Notes under the pieces: model-generated | Database searches by the model: none | Told to the model about the DNA's origin: nothing | What the model saw: only the letters and a program-made list of their open reading frames with translations | Program-made: the position numbers and the translations under genes | NCBI GenBank assembly: GCA_964247055.1 | Contig: OZ176052.1 | Coordinates: 11,842,001 to 11,906,000 of the forward strand | Origin: Paragordius varius | Taxonomy: Eukaryota; Animalia; Nematomorpha | Direction of reading: 5' to 3' | Length of the DNA: 64,000 nt | In this document: piece after piece, positions 55,614 to 64,000 of the stretch | How positions within the stretch are numbered: the first letter of the stretch is position 1 | Layout: each line of letters starts with the position of its first letter

Positions 55614-57302
55614 ATGCTAATGATGAATTTTGATAACGGGTCAGCTTCGACGATGACCTCAATGTCCAAATTGAAAATTTATAAAAATATTATAGCGCTT
55701 AGTACGGCGTTTTTCCTGCTTTTTTCAGCTTTTCAAGCCGTTTCTACCCTACAAACCAGCATTAATGCCACGAAAGGGTTAGGCTCCACATCGCTAAGTG
55801 TTATCTATGCTTTTTTCATATTCTCCTGCTTATTCCTTCCTGAACTCTTGATTTCCTACATCACTGTGAAATGGACCCTAGTCCTTTGCATACTTTTATA
55901 CACGAGTTTTATAGCTGCAAACTTTCATCCATCATGGTATAGTCTCATACCCACTTCTGCTTTGTTAGGGTTAGGGGCGGGACCTCTATGGACCTCCCAA
56001 TCGGTGTACATTACGAAAATGGGCAAAAAATTAGAACAACTTGCCCGTGGATCTAAAAGCCAAATTATAGATTCTGACATCCGAAAACATTATGAATCAC
56101 CCATGGATGAATCATTAAATAATTCAAATAGAAAGAATAGCAATACCATGTCCTCCACAATCAATCCAGAAAAATCAAATCAACATTCCATTACACCCTT
56201 TTTATTTGGTATATTCTATGCCTTTTTCCAAGCTGGCTCCATCCTTGGCCAACTTATATCATCGCTCACGCTTAAGAGTGACATTCAAATTGTTAACCAA
56301 AGCTTACCTCTTCCACTCATAAACAGAACTTACATAGTAACTCAAAACACAGCCGTTTGTGGCCCCAAATTTTGTTCTAAAACTCTAAAACCAGCAACAT
56401 CAGATTCAACTGATATATCACGTTTCCATCCTAGCAAGCAAAAACTGAATATATTGTATTCAGTTTACACCGTTTTAGCTTTAATGGGTGCCGCTACAAT
56501 AGTATTCCTCCTAGATAACTTGAGTCGTCAAGAAGTAAGTAATAATAAAGCAATCCCACGTGCTATTTCGGATGAGGAGTGCTCCGTTACCCCCATAAAC
56601 CCGAGCCAAAATACTCAAACGACCGGACAACGTATTCTCAAAATGTTTTTAGCTACCCTGAATCAAATGAAACTCCCTCGTCAATTATTACTTATACCAC
56701 TTTCCATCTACAGTGGACTAGAACAAGGATTTATGTCAGCCGATTACACTAAGGTAAGAATTTTAATGACTGTTTTATTCAAACTATTTAAATTGATTAT
56801 ATGACATTTCTACTGATTTAAGTAAGATATGCCGTAAATTTTAATTACCATGAAAGGTTTTGTTTGTTTTAGCTTATTGGATCTCTCTCTCATCAATTAA
56901 AATCCTTTTATTATACCATAAAATAGTTTATCGCTAACTCAATAAAATTAGAAAATACAATAAAAAATGTATGCAAGGTTAAGGTTTTCAGTTTTTTTTA
57001 ATAGTTTTTTTATAACTTGTATATAAAATTAAATTTTGTATGATTATGTAATATATAATAATAATAATTAGGTAAAATCAATACATAAAATTTTTATTGT
57101 TATTTATTCCCTCCCACAAATTTGATTCGTTCTCAACTTTTGCATGATGTAAGAATTCTTTTTATTATTTATTTGTAAACAATATTGTAACAATGTAATA
57201 TTTATTGGGGGTGTGTTCATCAATATATGTATATATATATATATATAAATAATGTATCGATAGATGTTTCCTAAATAAAGAAAAAGTATTCAATATATTA
57301 TA

Positions 57303-57333
<31 letters not shown>

Positions 57334-58905
57334 AGGTTTTAATCATAAAACAATAATATTTTTTATTTAAAAAAAGTATTTGTGGGTTTAATATTAATTA
57401 TAATAAAGTTGGCTGTTGGAAGTCCGTTTAATTAGTGCAAAAATTTGAAAACTACTCGCGAATATAAATAGTAACAACCGTTTTTATCTTATTTTAGTAA
57501 TGCCTGTAAAAATACCACTTAAAAGACTTTAATTTTTATTTATAAAAATATAAACATTTTGCTCTAGTGTTATCGGTTTCTGGTTATAGCCCTGGATTAT
57601 AATAAAGCGTCTTTCGCGTAAAAATTTACAATGGTCAATATTAGACACTTTTAATGATTACTCACGTAGAACAGCAAATAGTTTCCTTTAACAGCAAAAT
57701 ATTAGAATACTTATTTGTTGTCCGGCAAAAACTTTTATGCAATTTTTAACGCAAAAACTACCATACATTAAAAGTTATATTACTTTTTCCGTTCATCTAG
57801 GCTTACGTTTCTTGCTACTACGGGGTCCGTTACGTAGGATTCGTTATGATGGCTTATGCCATTGTCAACACTATAGTGTCTCCACTCTCAGGACTGTTGA
57901 GTAAACATTTACCGAGATGGACGCTTTTTCTATTTATGGCAGTATTACATGCTTTCATCATTTTCCCCATGCTTAATTTGCTGGGAGGCCAATTTGCACG
58001 CAAGTTTGTGCTCATTTTTGTGGTCGCTGGTTTGTGGGGCCTGTTTGATGGAATATGGCAACCACAGATAAATGGTATTTTATTTTGAGATATAAATGTA
58101 TTTACAACTGTCTTTTCATCCTAAACATTTTTCCTACGCTAATTTACTCAATTGGATATTTCGCCTGACGCCAATTAATTTTCTCATTATTTTTTTTGCT
58201 TTTTGCATTAAATATAATACCTCTAATTAATTTTAATTTGCAAAATTGTTTTTGTTAACTATTCAATCATAAATCACACGAACAGTTTATTTTTTATTTT
58301 GATCCAAATATTGATTATTTAAGAAATTTCAATTAAATTTTTTCTTTTTAACCAGAATCGATATTTATGTAATCATTGTAACCTCCTCGAAAAAGGTTAT
58401 CTCTTTATCATTTTATTTTTAGCCAAAATATATGGTTTGATATAAAAAAAATTTAATCACTCTTTTTTATTATAATTAACCAAATAATTTAGTGGAAAAT
58501 ATTTCGCACAAATGTTATTACGAGTGATGGATTACTAAAATAATTAATTTTTGATAGGCTTAACTATTGAAATCATAAAAATCATTTTTTTTTTAAAAAA
58601 ACTTATAGTAATTATGATTTTTTTATAAAACATATCTAATAAAACATTTTGCAAATCTTTATTATCTATTAGGTTTATACAGCGCTGTGTTTTCCGACAA
58701 TCCGGAGCCCGCTTTCGCTAACCACCGATTGTGGGAATCGGTTGGTTTCATCATAAGCTTTGCTTACCACGATGCTTTGTGTATAAAAACCAAATTTACT
58801 GTGATATATGTATTCCTCATACTTGCTACAATCACTTATGTTACGTTAGAAATGCTCCTTAACAAAGATAAATACATTAACCGAAATAATCGTCGAAACA
58901 GTTAA
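55614..58905 (+). CDS. UNC93A: UNC-93-like MFS membrane protein
   Basis: Exons ~55614-56753, 57801-58074 and 58673-58905. Motifs FLLLFSAFQ...LQTSIN, GLGSTSLSVIY, AANFHPSWYSLIP...LGLGAGPLWTSQSVY, FFGIFYAFFQ-like, LLIPLSIYSGLEQGF, EPAFANHRLWESVGF. Confidence 0.92.
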
Positions 58906-60748
58906 ATAAATAAACATATAATATATTGAATTCCATCCAATTAATTTTAATGAAAAAGGTGCCGCCCCCAACTCCCCCCTAATGTATAAATTAATTTTGC
59001 ATCAAACATTATCATTACAATCGGTAAAATTATATTTTACACCACTATATTATCCTACTATCCATATATTAATATTAAATCGCCTATACATATGTGTAAA
59101 GATTATTATGTAATTAGAGTCTACATAGAATTATATGCAAAATTTATTATAGTGATACACAAAAATAAATTATTTATCATGTAATTTTTTTGTTAGATAT
59201 TGCCATATTTGGCATCTATAAATATCGTATAAAATCTTTTCAGAAAACGTATTGGCCCGTCAAAATTTAAAATGGAAATTTTTTAGTCATCTTTAAATGG
59301 CGCTAATAAAGGCCAAAATAAGGTTCGATAAATGATGTCCCTAACAACCGTTTCTTTGAGTCATTTTCCGGAAAACGTGATATTTAAATTCAATAATCAT
59401 ATTAATTTGACAACATAGTCGAATTACTTTTTGGCATTAGTCCTGATATTTAGCTGCCCTTCATAAAATTAGATGCTTTTCTTAAAAAATTTATTGAATA
59501 TGGATTTAATCATGGTTTTGTGTATTTCTCGCATAGAGGCAAAAATTCATATCAAGATTAAGAAAGGAGCCACTCTTTAAAATTTACGCGTCCAAACAAT
59601 TATGGGGAATAAATAGTTACTAAAAAGTGACAAAATAGGCTAGCTTAAGATTAAAAAATTGATAATTCACAAACAATATTTTCATTATTTTATAGGGTTA
59701 ACTTTATAATACGCTCCTACCATTATAATAAACTGGAGCGCGATTATAATATAATATCGCAAGTTGTATAAAACAAGATATCATAAAGATATCTTTAAAT
59801 TTACAATTTAATGGAGCTGAAGATTCCAGCTCCTCAAATAATTTTATAAATTTTAACTCAAATTCAAATTTTTATAGTCAAATAATAACAGGTTTCAAAT
59901 TTATCGACTGTAAATTATAACAAACTTACGATGATCAAATTATAAAATTTATTCTTTAATTGAACGCATGGCGACATTACCATATTACTTAAAAAACAAA
60001 TATTCTAGCGAGTACTGTGCAATATGCATAAGCATTAAGAAATTACATAAAACAAAAACGCCGAATTCGTTCAGAACAAACGACTTCTTAAGAAACAGCT
60101 TTTAAATCTAAGGCTACAAAGAACGACAATCCCACAAAAAACCATCAGTGATCCTTAAACTCAGCAGGGGGTGCATGCGGCCCTAAATGTCTTTTTTATG
60201 GCCCCGAATTATATAGTAAATTTTTGATGTATTTATTTTAGGTATAAATATATGCAAATGTGTTAACAGCTACGAAAATTTTATCGGTTTTATATACTTG
60301 ATGAATAATTTTTGCGTCCCTTTGGTGATTACCACCTATCTAATAACTTAACTTATAGAAGGCTGCCGTTGTTTTTTATGGTGGATAACATCATTAATGT
60401 AAAATTTTTAGGAGACAAATGGATTACTAACATTGGATTATTTAGTTTATTTATTTTGGTAATCTAATCAAAAATGCTGTCCATATGTACTCTGTAATTA
60501 GTAGGATAATATGGCACAAAAATTAAATTTATACTCGTGTAAAATGCTAATGTAAAAAAGGGCAAGGTAGCAATATAATAGGGTATGGCTATAGCCCAAT
60601 ATCTAAAATATTAAAAACAAATGTAACTTGTTGGGGTAATAAGTGATACCAAGCGCTTCTATTACAAAGTTTGGCAAAATAGCATATAAAACATATAATA
60701 CTATAATCTGAAACAATATTTTTTACCAAAAAATATTTGAATTAATAG

Positions 60749-62020
60749 CCAGGCAGCAAATCCATAAATCCCGCGATATACTGAGGGCGCTGGATTTGGA
60801 TCACTCATATATCCCAGGTGTGTTACATGCTTTTTCGCACTTGAAAATGCGGGTTCAAGATTTAAAAATATTTTTCAATGGATTAACTAATAAAGATATA
60901 TCAGACAACGATATTGATATTATATTATCGGTCTTGAAGGATTTTTCATATACGAAAACAATTATATTTGAATATTTCAAGTATGTGTTTGAACAAACCG
61001 CCTACGAAAGCTTCAACAAAAAGATTGGTAAAACTAATACATTTAATATCTAGTGGAAAACGAAAGTATAGAAAAAATAGTTACATTTCTCAAAACACTT
61101 TGCCATGATAACGATGATTCGTGGTCATCATTTATTTCAGCAGTATAATTTTCTTTTCTAATGTTTACAGTGGTGTATTAATTTAATCGGTTCCATATCA
61201 ACCACATTTGGTCCCCAATTCAATGCTCAATCATTTGACATTAAGGATTACATTGCGAAATGGACAAAAAATTATGTTATTAACAAATTAACTGTCTTGC
61301 TTGAAGTAGCTTTGTCTCGATATGAATCGAATGTCACGTATGATGAGTTGAATGCTTTTTCCATCTTTCTTATTAAGACTTCGCTTCAATATTACCCGTA
61401 TTGTGAATGGATTACAGCTTATATAACGTAAATATATTCATGAAAATTAGAATTAATCATGCATGTATTATTCGAGCGCTTATAATGGTCATGAAGGACG
61501 ATTATATGCAAAAGAATGGTCAGTATTTTGATTCCTATCTCCATATTTTCGCAAATGTGATTGAACACTCTCTAAAAGTATCCGAAATAAAAACGTATTT
61601 GAAAAAATCAATATTATCCCCAACCTCTACAGGCTTCTGTGAATTTATATGTTATCTATGCACTCAATCATCATTAATCTCCACATTTTTTATCGATGAG
61701 CTTTATTCCACGGGTTTAAATTTTTTACATACTTTTTATTTTTTTTTCGTTTTTTACAGTCCAAAAAGACTAATGAGGCAAATCTTTTGTCGATAAAATT
61801 GACCAAAAAAGTGATATGTTATGTTTTATCGCACAAATGTGATTTAACATTTCGATATGTTTCATCTATTTGATTACCCCTTTACTATACTTTTTAGATT
61901 TGGATTATTTGCAAATCATTTCGCTCTTACTCGAAAATGATTTGGCTTTATCCATATTTAATTATAAATCCTACAATATCGTCAACATATACGATGGCTA
62001 TCGTACACTTTTATTTGGTA
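60749..62020 (+). CDS. Unassigned multi-exon gene (helical, hydrophobic product) with micro-introns
   Basis: Phase-consistent exons ~60749-61027, 61054-61142, 61171-61427, 61451-~61712, then probable exons near 61761-61830 and 61898-62018. Both ends unresolved; no homology recognised. Confidence 0.55.
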
Positions 62021-62281
62021 ATTTAATTATGTTAATATTTTATACTCAATTTTTTTGTTTAACGATTTTTTTGGTATCCTTAAGAATGAAAATGGATGGC
62101 ATAGAAATGTCATAAATTAGTTAGATATATTTAAGCCATTGCAAGTTTTTTTTCACCATTAAAAAGGATATCAAAGATAAAATCGTTAACATACATAGAT
62201 TGTTGCAATATTTAAGCTTTTTTATAATAAATAATTATTATTTGACTTTGAAAATTTTGTGCTTTTTTCTTTTGTGCATTA

Positions 62282-63405
62282 CACTAGACAACAAATTTTT
62301 CTGCCACTCGAGTTTTTTGCATTTTTTGATATTTAATATCATTTTAACAGAAAATCTGAAATAAAAATTATAACTCGTTGGAAGAATTTTGTATAATTTG
62401 ATTTTTTAGATTATGCGCCCTCTTTATCAAAATTTTACTAAAAAATTTTTTTCTTAAAAAATATACAAGTAATGCCCATTTGTAATATATCATTCGAAAG
62501 AGTATTAAAAACTCTATAAAATATATACTAATATGTATTACATTGACAGATAATATTGGACACAAAGAGCGACAAACGCGCGAAGCGAGAGCATTTTTTT
62601 TAATTATTATATTTTTAAAACTAATGGATAAAAATAGCTCAAACTTTGTTTAGATGGAGATGAATGTCCAAAAAAGATAACACAAAAAAGTTTTTTTTGA
62701 TTATAACTTTTTTTATTGCTTTTATGTCACTCAAAACAGCCATTTTTAAGTTTTTTGTTTTTTAAAATTACCATTTCACCAATATTAATTTATTTTCTTT
62801 ACAAGGCTGATAATTTCGAAAATTTAAAGATAAAAACAAAGTTTAAGGTATTTTTGATCTTTTGTAGCCATTATGTAATAAATTTACAGTTATAACTATG
62901 CATTTTAGTATCCACTAGGTAAAATATTTATGATAATAATAATTTTTATTAAAAAAGCAAACCAAAAGCTTTTTCAAACATTTTTTTTAATTTAAATACT
63001 AATATAACCCTAATAATTATATTAAAACAATTTATATGATTTTCAAATTAGTTTGTCTGTGAAAATTCTTGACTTATTTAAGGATTGAAAATTTTGACCA
63101 TTTAAATCCAAATAACTTTTACATCCGATGGATTTAAATGACTTATTACCATTTAAAAAATGCAGTTTTTTGCGCTCTTTCGAATGATATAAAATACATG
63201 GCTTCATATATAAAACTTTAAATTTTTGAAATTTCGAGTTTAATGTTAAATTGGGGCCAAAAATTATCGATAAACTCTAATATAAAAAAATTCTTCCATG
63301 TAAGACCAATTTTCTTTTCAGATATACTAATTATGTACTTTAATGAAATAAATTTTAAATTTACAAGAATGGCAGTTAAAAAAAGTTAAAATTTGTTGTC
63401 TAGTG
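62282..63405. mobile_element. Second, inverted copy of the 1.1-kb CACTA-ended element
   Basis: TIR CACTAGACAACAAATTTT; TTA on both sides; body is the reverse complement of 32879-33991 with scattered differences. Confidence 0.88.
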
Positions 63406-64000
63406 TTATAAAGCAAAGCATTCTTCATTTCATACATTTAAAATTTTACCACTTCTAATAAAACCGTCCTTTTTAAATTGTATTGAAAGAAAGTTTAACT
63501 ATGAATATTTTTGATATTTTGCAAAATATATTCATCTTTATATTTAGACAAAAAAGATTCTGCAATCATGGAAAAAATTAATTTGACCTTGGTATATTTT
63601 ATTTAGTTTATATCACTTTTAAATAAAAAAAATGCTACAAATAATTTTAGGGTAGTTTTTAATAATTAGTTTATTTACTTCAAAGTTTTTTATAATCTGT
63701 TCTTATATGTTTTTCTAATTTTTTAGTGTATTTATAGGCTATAAATTTGAATTTTATTAATGTAATTAATCTATTTAACTTTTTTTAAAAAAAAGTTTTT
63801 TATGAATTTGATATGATATAGGATTGACTAGAATTATTCTTATCTTACACCTTTTTATCTTGATAATTATACAAACAATTTTATCCTAAAATTTTGCAGA
63901 TATATTTGTAATATGGGCAAAAGATTTCATAAAAAATTGAAAATTTTATATAGGATCACCTAATAGAATTGATATCAAATCGATTGCATCTATCATCCTC

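Overview
Very AT-rich eukaryotic, almost certainly animal, genomic window with spliceosomal introns; the taxon cannot be fixed from sequence alone. Genes in order: the 3' part of a LAR-type (type IIa) receptor tyrosine phosphatase (+, 2538-15335); a two-exon prokaryotic-type Fe-S (6-4) photolyase of the PhrB/CryB (FeS-BCP) family (-, 15550-17756), tail-to-tail with LAR; several orphan ORFs or gene models; mitochondrial enoyl-CoA hydratase ECHS1 (-); a multi-exon BTB-like orphan; a Sulfotransfer_2 (CHST-type) sulfotransferase; UNC93A; and an unassigned multi-exon gene near the end. Intergenic DNA and introns carry DNA-transposon debris: a mariner relic, an hAT with an intact TSD, a self-nested TTAA MITE, a TA-flanked MITE family, two copies of a CACTA-ended 1.1-kb element and a Helitron-like element. 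Strongest signals: (1) a bacterial-type 4Fe-4S photolyase that looks domesticated in an animal genome, with an intron, all catalytic motifs and a basic NLS-like insertion; (2) 23-28 nt GT-AG introns in two genes; (3) a heavily remodelled LAR D2 domain that lacks the P-loop Arg. All exon models were read by hand and need RNA-seq confirmation.
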